Made by a program: the position numbers and the translations under genes. Below, in pieces: positions 20,307-30,127 of a stretch of DNA of 50,475 nucleotides. The DNA is from Escherichia phage vB-Eco-KMB25. A model generated the notes under the pieces. That model ran no database searches. It was given only the letters and a program-made list of their open reading frames with translations, and was not told the origin of the DNA. The stretch lies in sequence record OR424386.1. One strand, given 5' to 3'. The stretch's first letter is position 1. Every line of letters begins with the position of its first letter.

Positions 20307-20537
20307 TTAAATGCTACAATCTGAGTTTTTGAAGTTATCAACGCTCACCCACTGATAACTGAACGGGTATCCAGGCTTAACAAGAGTACGATCACCCACT
20401 CTCTTAACACCGAATATTGCAACTTCATAATTCATGCCGCTGTTTTCATATGTGGCGCTACATTCTCTCTTTGGCATGTTTGAACATCCAGTAATTAGAA
20501 TTGATGCGGCAATTGCTGCAATGATTGATTTTTTCAT
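20307..20537 (-). CDS. small lipoprotein, Cor-like superinfection-exclusion candidate
   Basis: 76 aa from ATG 20537 (RBS AAGGAA); lipoprotein signal MKKSIIAAIAASILITGC; convergent and adjacent to the tail fibre genes, as Cor is in T1/phi80-type phages. Confidence 0.45.
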   Translation of the reverse strand: MKKSIIAAIAASILITGCSNMPKRECSATYENSGMNYEVAIFGVKRVGDRTLVKPGYPFSYQWVSVDNFKNSDCSI

Positions 20538-20585
20538 GGTTATTTCCTTGTCATTTTGAATTTGGTTCATAGTTTGTGTGAGATA

Positions 20586-20640
20586 ACTATGCTACTAAAA
20601 TCCAATTGTTGCAAGTATTGTTTTTAGCAAAAAGTGCTAT
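20586..20640 (-). promoter_or_regulatory. promoter of the lipoprotein gene: TTGCAA-17-CATAGT with an upstream dyad box
   Basis: Minus-strand -35 at 20609-20614 and -10 at 20586-20591; box TAGCACTTTTTGCTAAAAAC at 20621-20640. Confidence 0.4.
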
Positions 20641-20723
20641 CTGTTGTTTTCTTTTGTTCCAAGGTGTTCACAACTTAATCCGGCGTAAAATTGAAAACGT
20701 CTTGATAACAAAAAGAACAAATG

Positions 20724-20808
20724 AAATATCTATATAATACATACACTTAGAGTTTAATTATTATTATATATATCTATTTGTATTCTTCTTGTTTCTATTG
20801 TTCTCTAC
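20724..20808. repeat. AT-rich repeat element, copy 1
   Basis: AAATATCTATATAATACAT ... TAATTATTATTATATAT ... CTTGTTTCT, shared with 41222-41294. Confidence 0.5.
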
Positions 20809-21006
20809 GGTTTGTGGTTGTTGTGTGTTTTGTATTGGTTGATGGTTATATATCACATGGTATGTATTTATATATGGTATGCGGCGTAAATGCGTGAACA
20901 ATGGAACACAAAAACAACAATCAGTAAAATCATAAACTTACGATGTGATTTTGTTGTCAATGCTAGTTGTAAACGCATGCAAAACAAAAAGAACACTTAA
21001 ATGGTA

Positions 21007-21034
21007 TTGACTACATGCAACAAAGACATATAAT
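21007..21034 (+). promoter_or_regulatory. sigma70-type promoter TTGACT-16-TATAAT
   Basis: Near-consensus hexamers about 30 nt upstream of the exonuclease gene RBS. Confidence 0.6.
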
Positions 21035-21062
21035 GCAGACATACCAACGAGAGGATGACAAA

Positions 21063-22118
21063 ATGAGCGATTTTAAAGTTTACACCTTTGACCAGTTAAC
21101 CAATGATGAATATCACGATCCTAAAGGTTGGGCGGCTGAATACGTTAGCGGTTCAAGCCTGGCGGAAATCTTTGCAACTTGTCCGGCTGCATGGAAATAC
21201 AGACCACGCGAGGAAAGCAAAGCGCTTGTTTTCGGTACGCAGTCACACACCAACTTTCAAAGCAGTGAGTTGTTCGCAAAAGAGTACCGCCGAGCGCCAG
21301 CGCCGGAAGATTACGAAAACTTGATCACAAGCCAAACGGCATTAGCCAGCAAGTTAAAATCTTTTGGCCTGACTGGTACAAGCGGTAAAACTTATCCAGA
21401 CCTGATAAAAATGATGGTTGATTGTGGGGAGGATCTTAATGTTCAGTGGCTGATTGAAATGATCGCAGAGAGCCAGGCGCGAGCGGATAACGTTGAATTG
21501 GTTCCGGCTAAAGATTACGACGCTTGCGTTACCATGCGCCGCGTACTTGAAAACATACCGGAACACAACGCTTGCATGAATAGCCCAACAGCACAACGCG
21601 AGCTATCAATTTTCGGATCTATTAAAGGCGTTAAAGTCAAAGTAAGGCTTGACCATGTTGATATTTGCAAGGATGTGCTTGCAACGGTGATTTCCGGCTA
21701 TGACGGTGAAGGGAATCCGGTTTATGAAACAACGCGATTTGATGAAGCTATTGTGATCACTGATTACAAAACAACGTCAAGCGCTAACCCAACGGAGTTT
21801 TCACGGCTGGCATTCAATCACGGATACTACTTGAAAATGGCATTGCAGCATGACCTATTCAAGAAAGCGTATCCAGAAGAAACGCGCCCCGTAGTAGTCA
21901 GATTGCTGGCGCAGGAAAAGAAAGAGCCTTATTTACCGATTGCATACCGCATGACGGATGAACAATTGAAGATCGGACGGCTTCAATACATGAGTGTGAT
22001 AAACCAGTTTGCAGAATGCCAGGCAAATGACAGTTGGCCTTCATACGCAAACGGAGAGCCTGAAATTGATCTTCAAACGCCTGATTGGGTACGCAGACAA
22101 TACAAAGGTTTTTTATAA
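21063..22118 (+). CDS. PD-(D/E)xK family exonuclease (recombination exonuclease candidate)
   Basis: ATG 21063 behind GAGAGGA; motifs RLDHVD ... ITDYKTT resemble the D..(D/E)xK nuclease core; lies upstream of the Erf-like and SSB genes. Confidence 0.5.
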   Translation: MSDFKVYTFDQLTNDEYHDPKGWAAEYVSGSSLAEIFATCPAAWKYRPREESKALVFGTQSHTNFQSSELFAKEYRRAPAPEDYENLITSQTALASKLKSFGLTGTSGKTYPDLIKMMVDCGEDLNVQWLIEMIAESQARADNVELVPAKDYDACVTMRRVLENIPEHNACMNSPTAQRELSIFGSIKGVKVKVRLDHVDICKDVLATVISGYDGEGNPVYETTRFDEAIVITDYKTTSSANPTEFSRLAFNHGYYLKMALQHDLFKKAYPEETRPVVVRLLAQEKKEPYLPIAYRMTDEQLKIGRLQYMSVINQFAECQANDSWPSYANGEPEIDLQTPDWVRRQYKGFL

Positions 22119-22119
22119 A

Positions 22120-22161
22120 TAGCACTTTTTGCTAAAACAGCCATTCGATGCGTGGTATACT
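22120..22161 (+). promoter_or_regulatory. dyad-box promoter (TAGCACTTTTTGCTAAAAC, 17 bp, TATACT)
   Basis: Member of the repeated box-spacer-hexamer architecture. Confidence 0.5.
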
Positions 22162-22193
22162 ACACGCATCAACCAACAAGAGAGGAAATAAAA

Positions 22194-22484
22194 ATGGAAA
22201 AGCAATTCAACGAGCGCGAAATCAAAGAAGTTCAGGATCACGTAGAAAAAGTAACTTCCGCAATCGCAGTTACGCAACGTGAATTTTTAAAGGTAATTGA
22301 TCCGAGTGAATCGCCTGAAACTATGGCATACGTTCGCAAGGTTGCACATGCATTTGATAATGTAATTCTCACAATATTTCAGCACGAAGATAATGAGCAA
22401 TATAAAAACATGTTGCACCAGGCCAGTGAGGTAATGATCCAGAATTTGATTGATTACCACAATAAAGGTAAAGAAACTCATTAA
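22194..22484 (+). CDS. hypothetical protein
   Basis: 96-aa ORF from ATG 22194 behind GAGAGGA. Confidence 0.3.
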   Translation: MEKQFNEREIKEVQDHVEKVTSAIAVTQREFLKVIDPSESPETMAYVRKVAHAFDNVILTIFQHEDNEQYKNMLHQASEVMIQNLIDYHNKGKETH

Positions 22485-22531
22485 TTAAATTGGCGGCGAA
22501 AGCCGCCTAACCTATCAGCGGAGTGAATTAG

Positions 22532-23194
22532 ATGAAATTTTCAGAACAAAACGCAAACGTGATTAAGGCATTGTTTGAGGCGCGTCAATTATTCACCAAA
22601 GTAAAAAAGGATAAGCAAAATACGCACCTTAAAAACAAATATGCAACGCTTGACAGTGTTCTTGATGCAATTATGCCTGGGCTTACTGATAAGGGTTTAT
22701 TCCTTACACAAGATCAGAAAGTCAGTGAAGATCTTAAATCAATGACTGTATTCACGCGATTCATTCATGTTGAATCAAACGAATGGGTAGAATATAGCTT
22801 CACGCTTCCAATGCAGAAATTAGATCCTCAAGGCGGCGGCTCAACAAATAGCTATGCTCGACGTTATGCGCTTTGTACTGCTTTAGGGTTGGCAACGGCT
22901 GACGATGACGCAAATCTTGCCACCAAAAACGCGCAGGATTGGAAAAAAGATCTTGATGCTTGCGATAACCTTACAGACTTGCAAGAAACGTTTAAAACTG
23001 CTTACAAGCAATCTGACGCAGCAAACCGCCGAATCATTAAAGAGCATTACGATAAGCTGAAAGCAAAAATGGAAATAGGAAAGGCTCGCGGCTTTAATCC
23101 GGCTGAACCAGCGGCGAATGTTGCAAAGAATGAAAAGGTTGAAAAGGAACCGCAACAGGAAGTAAAATCACAGTCTATCACTGACTTTGAATAA
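22532..23194 (+). CDS. single-strand annealing protein (Erf-like, putative)
   Basis: 220 aa between the exonuclease and SSB genes; assigned by synteny and general resemblance to Erf-type recombinases. Confidence 0.45.
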   Translation: MKFSEQNANVIKALFEARQLFTKVKKDKQNTHLKNKYATLDSVLDAIMPGLTDKGLFLTQDQKVSEDLKSMTVFTRFIHVESNEWVEYSFTLPMQKLDPQGGGSTNSYARRYALCTALGLATADDDANLATKNAQDWKKDLDACDNLTDLQETFKTAYKQSDAANRRIIKEHYDKLKAKMEIGKARGFNPAEPAANVAKNEKVEKEPQQEVKSQSITDFE

Positions 23195-23231
23195 TAATTT
23201 GCGGGGCGTAATGCCCCGATAAGGAAAAATA

Positions 23232-23657
23232 ATGCACGTTATCACTGGTGAAATTCGCAAAGAGCCTTATATTAAGCAGGGCGCAAGCGGAACTTTATAC
23301 ATCGTTGAATTAGCGGAATCGTATAAAGATCGTGAAGGTAATCGACAATATACGAATTACAAGTTTTTCTTTAATGCCAAAAGCGACGGCATGAATAATT
23401 GGTATCGCGATGCGTTCCAGATCGGTAAGGTTGTTTCAGTATCGTGCGATCAGTTACGCATTGATAGCAACGAATACAACGGACAAATTTATAACACGCT
23501 AACAAGTGCTGGATTTGCTAACCTGCAATTTAGCCAGCGCGGGGAAGGTCAAGCACCACAACAGCAACGACCGCCTCAGCAACATCGACCACAGCAACAG
23601 CAAGCGCCACAAAACAACGAGCCTCCAATGGATTTCGACGACGATATCCCATTCTGA
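23232..23657 (+). CDS. ssb: single-stranded DNA-binding protein
   Basis: Gln/Pro-rich linker followed by C-terminal MDFDDDIPF, the conserved acidic SSB tail. Confidence 0.85.
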   Translation: MHVITGEIRKEPYIKQGASGTLYIVELAESYKDREGNRQYTNYKFFFNAKSDGMNNWYRDAFQIGKVVSVSCDQLRIDSNEYNGQIYNTLTSAGFANLQFSQRGEGQAPQQQRPPQQHRPQQQQAPQNNEPPMDFDDDIPF

Positions 23658-23659
23658 TA

Positions 23660-23690
23660 AAATAAAACCCCGCAATGCGGGGTTTTTTAT
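23660..23690. terminator. bidirectional rho-independent terminator
   Basis: AACCCCGC-AAT-GCGGGGTT hairpin flanked by A- and T-runs between convergent ssb and tail fibre genes. Confidence 0.65.
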
Positions 23691-25834
23691 TACTTAGTAA
23701 GCTGAACAAGCATTGCTTGCATTTCCGCAATTGCGGCTTTCATTTCTGCGATCTCGTTTTTCAACTCTTTAATTTCCTCCTGTTGTTTCTCTATTTTTTC
23801 TTTCTGCTCTTTGAATGCGTTAACCAAAAGAGCTACAACGCCATTATAGTTAATGCCTTTGATTGCCTCGCCTTTTGGATCTATCTGACCATCATTATTC
23901 AAAGAATGAACCGCTTCCGGCAAAACCCTTTCAACATCTTGTGCGATCAATCCAGCCTCAATGCTATAAACGCTGTTTTCATCTTCAATTAGATTGTTGC
24001 GCTTGTAGTAAGTATAACCAGTTAGATAATCAATTTTGTCGGATGCTGTTTCGATCTCTTTTAGATGTGCTTTCATCCTTATGTCAGATGTGCTAATCCA
24101 TTGGTTACAAGTAGCATTTCCAACGTTATTGAAAATGAATTCTCCACCCTTTACATAAAGGTGAGTTTCAGCACCGCCACTCGACCAGTTAACGGCATCC
24201 ATTCCAGTAATCCAATCATCACCCCAATGAACAACCTTAAATACGTTAACGGCTGCGTCTTTTGCTGTAATCTCGCAAAGCATTCCAGCACCACGATCAC
24301 GCCAAGCAGTAAAAGCGCCTCCCTGAATTTGACCGCCAATCATGGCACTTGCCCCACCAGACCTAATGCCAGCAACCCTAATGCCGTTTGCATCGTCACT
24401 AATAGGCCATATAGTCAATAACCCGTACATGTTAAAATCATTAGCTTGGCATGTTGCAATATTTCTACCGTTGCACATTACTTGCAAAATGCCATCACCG
24501 CCCCACCTAAAACCTGTGTCAGTGTCACCAATTACTAACGCATTACTTCCAAGCGCATTACCAATACCCCTACCGATAACTATTGAATTGTAATTTATCG
24601 CGTTACCGCTTTCATCAAATTGATAATAGTTTGTATCACCTCCTTCCCTAGTGACTTGTATTGTTGATTTTGCTAATCCACCTTGAATTTCGTTGTAAAT
24701 TCTTGAGTATGAAAGCTGTACATCTTCTGGACTTTTGTTTATTAAATAAAGAACTCCAGAGTTTGCAGAGTTTTTTTCTGTTAGGCTTATTCCTCTAAAA
24801 ACAGGTATATCAGCCTCACCAATGCCAAAGTTATTCCTTGCTTGGCTTACGTTTTCCGCACCAGTACCGCCAGCACCAACAGAAAGAGCGGATGTGCTGT
24901 TATCGCTATTTCTTGCAACTCGCCACTCGCCGTTGTTTGCGATCCGTAATTCATAAGTCCATGCAGGGTTACGAAATGAGTTATAATCACCTGGATTTTG
25001 CCCCTTAACTGAATTAACAGCCTCAACTTTCAGCGCCTCCCTTGCTAAATCTTTATTAGCAAGATCATTAAGATTCTGATCCTTATGCAGAAGGTTTTCA
25101 GGGTTAACTTGTTGTGCCCATTGGCGAGCTTCATCACGCGCAGTCTCAGCGCCAGCCTTTGCAGAGTCGGCGGCAATCTTTGATTGTTCAGCGGCAAGTT
25201 GTGATTCCTTTGCTGCATCGCGAGCATTAACAGACTCGTTTTTAATTGATCCAATTTCAGAAACGGCGCTATCTTTTATTTGTTGCGTCTGCGTTTTTAT
25301 TGCGTCAGTGTCCGCCTTAATCTGATTGGTTTCATTGACGGCAGCATCCTTAATCTGTTGAGTCTCAGATACAGCAGAATCCTTAATATGTTGCGTTTCA
25401 TTTTTTAGTTGCTCAGTTGCCGCTTTGTCGTTTGCTACCTGTTGAGCATCAGCATTAACCTTGTTAACTAAATCTTGCAATGTTTTCAGATCGAAGTTTT
25501 TAAAGAATTCAATTGCTTCCTCAATTACCGTTTCTTTACTTTGGTAATAACGCAGCGTTTCCGCTACATCTTGCGCCATTCCATCGACAGTTAGCGAGTC
25601 ATTCAACAGGATCACATAATTTCCGTTTGCTACTTGCTCGCCGTCAGTCTGGATCGCTTTCATTTCCGTGTCGCTTACAATATCGCTAATCACAGCCAAT
25701 TTAAGAGGCGATGTGAGAAATACGATTGTTGCGCCAGTGCGGATAAGAGAAAGAGGCTCACGCCATTTTGTGCCAGTACCAGTAATAACGCCTTGCGCGT
25801 CCATTGCAGCCGTACCAGTTCGATATAAAGCCAT
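23690..25834 (-). CDS. tail fibre protein with C-terminal intramolecular chaperone (S74-like) domain
   Basis: 714 aa; C-terminal ...[19 protein letters not shown]... then coiled-coil [35 protein letters not shown], typical of auto-cleaving fibre chaperone domains; RBS GAGGTG. Confidence 0.7.
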   Translation of the reverse strand: MALYRTGTAAMDAQGVITGTGTKWREPLSLIRTGATIVFLTSPLKLAVISDIVSDTEMKAIQTDGEQVANGNYVILLNDSLTVDGMAQDVAETLRYYQSKETVIEEAIEFFKNFDLKTLQDLVNKVNADAQQVANDKAATEQLKNETQHIKDSAVSETQQIKDAAVNETNQIKADTDAIKTQTQQIKDSAVSEIGSIKNESVNARDAAKESQLAAEQSKIAADSAKAGAETARDEARQWAQQVNPENLLHKDQNLNDLANKDLAREALKVEAVNSVKGQNPGDYNSFRNPAWTYELRIANNGEWRVARNSDNSTSALSVGAGGTGAENVSQARNNFGIGEADIPVFRGISLTEKNSANSGVLYLINKSPEDVQLSYSRIYNEIQGGLAKSTIQVTREGGDTNYYQFDESGNAINYNSIVIGRGIGNALGSNALVIGDTDTGFRWGGDGILQVMCNGRNIATCQANDFNMYGLLTIWPISDDANGIRVAGIRSGGASAMIGGQIQGGAFTAWRDRGAGMLCEITAKDAAVNVFKVVHWGDDWITGMDAVNWSSGGAETHLYVKGGEFIFNNVGNATCNQWISTSDIRMKAHLKEIETASDKIDYLTGYTYYKRNNLIEDENSVYSIEAGLIAQDVERVLPEAVHSLNNDGQIDPKGEAIKGINYNGVVALLVNAFKEQKEKIEKQQEEIKELKNEIAEMKAAIAEMQAMLVQLTK

Positions 25835-25900
25835 AATTACACCTCATTTTATTCATTGAAACAGTGTAGTGATTATGCGATATTGCTATGTTACATGCAA

Positions 25901-25924
25901 TAAAAAACCCCGCCTTAGCGGGGT
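25901..25924 (-). terminator. rho-independent terminator (minus strand)
   Basis: CCCCGC-TAAG-GCGGGG hairpin followed by a T-run on the minus strand. Confidence 0.55.
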
Positions 25925-25989
25925 TCGTCAACGACAACGAGAAGCCAATGAAACAGATTCATCGAAAAGTGTTAGTAGCAGGATGAATA

Positions 25990-26916
25990 TTATAATAAGT
26001 CACTTGCCTTGTAAAGCCTCCGCTCTATTCCATTTTTGAATTTACCGTTAATTGGTAGCATTACGTCTAATTCGCGATCATCAGCAGAAATCAAAGTATC
26101 GCGATCATTAGCATGGCACACAACGCGCATTTTGCGATCTCCTTTGTATCTGTATGCAACAATTTCAAGATTTGAAGGCGAGAAACACGCCCATACTTCT
26201 TGCCCCGTCGCCAGGTGTATATGTTGCGCATCAATCCAATCAACGCAAAGGTAAATTGTTTTGTCAGTCTTGCCAGTTACCGCAACGCTTCCACGCGTGT
26301 AATCTTTCGCGTAAAAACTGCTTTTACCTTCCTCATTGACGAAAAGAATATTGCACATGTCATCATCCAATTCATCACTATGCACCAGGTGGCAAGGAAT
26401 AGCGTGTATATGCTCGCAATATCCATTTTCATGAGTTTTTACGCCAACTTGATACGATTCGCCGTCTAATGGATAAAACGCCTCAAAAACGCTTAGATTT
26501 GTTATTTCCATGCGTTCAGTTTTATCCATAACCTCAACACATTTTTCATGAGTTGCTTGCGATCCGAAATTGTAACCGGAGTCACGTTTTGCCGCTTTGT
26601 TAGCCTTGTTGACAACCTCAACCGGAACCAGGTTTAACCATTCGCCTAGAGTGTCGATTGCTTCACTGTAATTTTCACCACGTATGCGCATGAATAATCC
26701 GATCCCTGAATCATTCCCGCATTGGTTGCAAATGTTGCCGCCGTCGCCTTTCTCGTTGATTTTGTCCGTCCATCTGAAACGGTCTTTACCTCCACAATAA
26801 GGGCATGGTTGATGCTTTCCGTTAAAGGTTAATTGAGGAATATCACAAAGTTTCATCAATGCCGCTTGCCACATTCCGCGCATCTTTGGGATCACTTCTT
26901 CTTTCTGGTAATGCAT
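25990..26916 (-). CDS. DNA primase-like protein (zinc-binding)
   Basis: N-terminal CPYCGG...CNQCG zinc-ribbon-like motif; adjacent to the helicase gene; RBS GGAGG. Confidence 0.45.
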   Translation of the reverse strand: MHYQKEEVIPKMRGMWQAALMKLCDIPQLTFNGKHQPCPYCGGKDRFRWTDKINEKGDGGNICNQCGNDSGIGLFMRIRGENYSEAIDTLGEWLNLVPVEVVNKANKAAKRDSGYNFGSQATHEKCVEVMDKTERMEITNLSVFEAFYPLDGESYQVGVKTHENGYCEHIHAIPCHLVHSDELDDDMCNILFVNEEGKSSFYAKDYTRGSVAVTGKTDKTIYLCVDWIDAQHIHLATGQEVWACFSPSNLEIVAYRYKGDRKMRVVCHANDRDTLISADDRELDVMLPINGKFKNGIERRLYKASDLL

Positions 26917-26948
26917 TTCTCAACCTCCAAATAAAAAAACCTGGCACG

Positions 26949-26991
26949 ATGATAAACCATGCCAGGCCGGAATTTTTAGCAATCAGTGCTA
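26949..26991 (-). promoter_or_regulatory. dyad-box promoter (TAGCACTGATTGCTAAAAA, 18 bp, TATCAT)
   Basis: Box overlaps the last codons of the upstream gene (..DSTDC stop). Confidence 0.45.
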
Positions 26992-27584
26992 TCGACGGAA
27001 ATCACAACGCGTTTCTTCTGATTGGCTTCCTTTGCTTTGCGCCGTTCTTCTTTCGCCTTGTCGCGTTCAGCTTTGCGCCGCGCTTTCTCCTTCTCGCGTT
27101 CTTCTGGAGTCATAGACCGTAACGGATCGTAAGGCCGAACAAATCCGCGCGCCTCCGCTTCTTCTTTTGTGACAAATCGCATGAGCTTTCTGTTGCTGCA
27201 ACGATTCTCTAATGGCTTGCCGTTGTTGTCAAAGCGCAAATCTGGACGGCAATATGAAGCGCGGAAACCGTTAAAACCTTTGCGGCGGTAATCCTTTTGG
27301 ATCAGTTCAGCGCCTTTAGCTGAAATCATTCCGCGCTCTTTCCATCCCCACACTGTTTTAAGGTTAACGCCAATCTCACGCGCCAACGCAGCACAGCCGC
27401 CATAAGCGCTAACCACTTCATCAAGCCTAGCTTTTAATCCTGCCCTTACTTCTTCCTTTAGTACCAGATAACCGCTAACAGGTGCGCGGCGCTTCCGGTC
27501 TTTACCACGCCTTACGCCGTTGTTACCATTGATTGTGCGTTTGTCGATTTCGCCCGTTGAGGCCGCAATTTTGATTCCGCCCAT
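26976..27584 (-). CDS. putative DNA-binding protein with Lys/Arg/Glu-rich C-terminus
   Basis: ATG 27584 behind AGGTGA; HTH-like segment AALAREIGVNLKTVWGW; protein ends DSTDC, encoded by the dyad box. Confidence 0.3.
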   Translation of the reverse strand: MGGIKIAASTGEIDKRTINGNNGVRRGKDRKRRAPVSGYLVLKEEVRAGLKARLDEVVSAYGGCAALAREIGVNLKTVWGWKERGMISAKGAELIQKDYRRKGFNGFRASYCRPDLRFDNNGKPLENRCSNRKLMRFVTKEEAEARGFVRPYDPLRSMTPEEREKEKARRKAERDKAKEERRKAKEANQKKRVVISVDSTDC

Positions 27585-27595
27585 ATTTTCACCTA

Positions 27596-27637
27596 TAGCA
27601 CTTTTTGCTAAAACTATTGAGTAAGTTTGTGTATGAT
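27596..27637 (+). promoter_or_regulatory. dyad-box promoter (TAGCACTTTTTGCTAAAAC, 17 bp, TATGAT)
   Basis: Upstream of the helicase gene. Confidence 0.5.
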
Positions 27638-27672
27638 ATGGTGCAAATGGCATTTAGTCAAAAGGATAAGTA

Positions 27673-29646
27673 ATGATTCCTAACATTGAAAAACAGATTG
27701 AAGAACTTGGAGCGGAAAAGATAAAGGCAATACAAAAACGCTTCACAGTTGGTGAAATTGTGCCTTACGAATATCAATGCGTTGCATACGTTGAGATCGC
27801 AAAGCGTTTAAGCCGTTATGAACATCCGTTTTTTGTTAAGGCGGCTGTATCGGCTGGTAAAACAATCATCTTTGCTATGGTTGCGGCTCAGTGCCGTAAA
27901 ATGGGGTTGAAAGCGTTATTTCTGGCGCGTCAATCTGAAATTGTGGATCAGGATTCAAAAGAGATTAGCGCCTTTGGTGTTCCGAATTCCGTTTATTGCG
28001 CTGGCCTGAATACCAAAAGCGCTTATTTCCCGATTGTTGTCGGATCGGAAGGCACTGTAATTGGTGGATTGAATAAAGCGTTGGGTGATTACGTCCCGCA
28101 AGTTTTAGGTATAGACGAATGTCATCAAGTCAACTGGAATGATATTGTTGAAGCCGAGGAAAACGGCGAAAGCATAGAGCAAATGATGACACCGAAAGGT
28201 GAACCAGTTGAAGGGAATCCGTTGCTGATTGGTTCAGGCCGCGCACAATACACCATTATCATTGCAGAAATGCGCCGCCGTTGCCTTGAGACTTACGGTC
28301 ATCAGTTGCGCATATTTGGAATGACAGGATCGGAATATCGCGGAATTGAGCCGATACTTGTCGAAGATAAAAGAATTCCTGGGTTTTGGCGTGAGCAGAT
28401 CACAAACATTGATACTGATTACCTGGTAAAATTTGGTTCAGTTGTTCCCACTTATTTTGGCAATGTTGGTGATTTGGGTTACGACTTATCAGAATTTACG
28501 CCAGTACATGAATTTGGCGTTGCTGATTATGACCAGAAGCAATTAAAGGCAATGAGTGACAAGATTCACAAATCAGGAACCATGACGCAGAAAATAATGC
28601 AGATGGTTCATGAGGTGATGAAAAACCGCTTGTGCGCTCTTGTTACTTGCGCTGACGAAAGGCACTGTAAAGAGGCGGCGGCGGCGCTTCCTCCTGGCAC
28701 GAAATATCACATTATTACCGGAAAAACTGGAGAGAAACAGAGGCGCTTATGGCTTGAGGATGCTTATGAAGGCAGGGTGAAATATATTTTTCAGGTTCAG
28801 GCGCTAACAACTGGCGTGAACGTGCCGCCGTGGGATACTTCTGTTATTTTGCGTAAGATCGGAAGTCTCACGCTATTAACTCAACTTTTGGGGCGTGGTA
28901 TGCGTCAATTAAAAACATACCATAAAGAAGTATTGGGGATGCACAAAACGGATCACCTTGTTTTGGATTTTTCAGGCACGATGTTTGAAATGGGTAATTT
29001 GTATTTCGATCCGATGTTAGAGCAAGCGCAATTCCAGTTACGTAAATCACAGGACAAAGATCCGAAATATTGCCCGATTTGCGGTACAGAAAATTCATTC
29101 TATGCTCGCCGTTGCATTAATGAGGATGAAAACGGAAATCGTTGTGAACATTTCTGGACGTTCCAGGAATGTGAGGATCAGATTGATGACCGCACAAAGA
29201 AAGTTATTGTAAAAGGTTGCGGCGCAAAAAATGACGTTGCGGCGCGTGTATGCCGTTGCTGTAATGTTCAGTTACGCGATCCAAATGATAACTTATCCGG
29301 CAAGATGTACCGTAAAAACGATTGGTGCGACGTGTTAGATTTTAATGTGACGCTGACAAAAAACCAGGCTGGCGTAATATTCTGCTACACGTTACGTGAT
29401 AGTGGCGGCGTAGAATTCAGGGCATACGAAAAATATTTCCCTGAATCAGAACACAAGATATGTAAAACGCTTTGGACAAAGGCGGTTAGAACACATGTTA
29501 TAGATCGCCAAGCCGCAAACTTTATGATCACTTGCCGCAATGCAATTAAGATCATGAGTTATGCGGGGCAAATATTGCCGCCAAAACGTGTTACCCATCG
29601 CAAGAACACAAAGAAAGAAGATTTGATCGCACAGAAGGAGTTTTAA
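27673..29646 (+). CDS. SF2 DNA helicase (DEAD/DEAH-box type)
   Basis: Walker A AVSAGKT, DECH box, motif VI QLLGRGMRQ; C-terminal Cys-rich zinc-ribbon-like region. Confidence 0.8.
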   Translation: MIPNIEKQIEELGAEKIKAIQKRFTVGEIVPYEYQCVAYVEIAKRLSRYEHPFFVKAAVSAGKTIIFAMVAAQCRKMGLKALFLARQSEIVDQDSKEISAFGVPNSVYCAGLNTKSAYFPIVVGSEGTVIGGLNKALGDYVPQVLGIDECHQVNWNDIVEAEENGESIEQMMTPKGEPVEGNPLLIGSGRAQYTIIIAEMRRRCLETYGHQLRIFGMTGSEYRGIEPILVEDKRIPGFWREQITNIDTDYLVKFGSVVPTYFGNVGDLGYDLSEFTPVHEFGVADYDQKQLKAMSDKIHKSGTMTQKIMQMVHEVMKNRLCALVTCADERHCKEAAAALPPGTKYHIITGKTGEKQRRLWLEDAYEGRVKYIFQVQALTTGVNVPPWDTSVILRKIGSLTLLTQLLGRGMRQLKTYHKEVLGMHKTDHLVLDFSGTMFEMGNLYFDPMLEQAQFQLRKSQDKDPKYCPICGTENSFYARRCINEDENGNRCEHFWTFQECEDQIDDRTKKVIVKGCGAKNDVAARVCRCCNVQLRDPNDNLSGKMYRKNDWCDVLDFNVTLTKNQAGVIFCYTLRDSGGVEFRAYEKYFPESEHKICKTLWTKAVRTHVIDRQAANFMITCRNAIKIMSYAGQILPPKRVTHRKNTKKEDLIAQKEF

Positions 29647-29648
29647 AA

Positions 29649-30056
29649 ATGGTTACTGATAAAGGCGATTATCTGGAGTATTACGACAAATCAGATCCAG
29701 ATGACAGAAAAGAGGAAGCGCACCAGGTTGATTCTTATTCATGGTTAACATATGAGTTTCCAATGTGGCTTGTTTGGCACACTAAAAACGAAGGGAAGAA
29801 AACAATAGGCACAGCAGTAAAGGATCAGCAAGCAGGTGTAAAAAAAGGAGTAAGCGACATTCTAATCCTGACTGGTTTTATTGGCTGCAAATATGCATTC
29901 ATTGCAATTGAGCTTAAACGAGCCAACAAGAAAGGAACTAAAGTAAGCCAGGAACAAAGGGAATTCTTGCGCCGCGTTAGGGAATGCGGAGGATTTGCCG
30001 CAGTATGCTATGGTGTAGATCAAGTAAAATTGGCTATCGCAGACGCTACAAAATAG
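29649..30056 (+). CDS. VRR-NUC domain nuclease (putative)
   Basis: 135 aa; core ...DILILTGFIGCKYAFIAIELKR...VSQEQREF... resembles the VRR-NUC D-E-K fold. Confidence 0.5.
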   Translation: MVTDKGDYLEYYDKSDPDDRKEEAHQVDSYSWLTYEFPMWLVWHTKNEGKKTIGTAVKDQQAGVKKGVSDILILTGFIGCKYAFIAIELKRANKKGTKVSQEQREFLRRVRECGGFAAVCYGVDQVKLAIADATK

Positions 30057-30096
30057 CACTTTTTGTTAAAACAGGCGCGACGGAATGCGCCATAAT
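30054..30096 (+). promoter_or_regulatory. dyad-box promoter (TAGCACTTTTTGTTAAAAC, 18 bp, CATAAT)
   Basis: Box TAG is the stop codon of the upstream gene. Confidence 0.5.
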
Positions 30097-30127
30097 GCAC
30101 ACATCAGAACGAAACGGAGAATTAACC

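Noticed and set aside
21015-21062. Exonuclease start at ATG 21015 as given by the ORF track
   Set aside because: That ATG lies inside the promoter (between -35 and -10); ATG 21063 has a proper GAGAGGA ribosome-binding site
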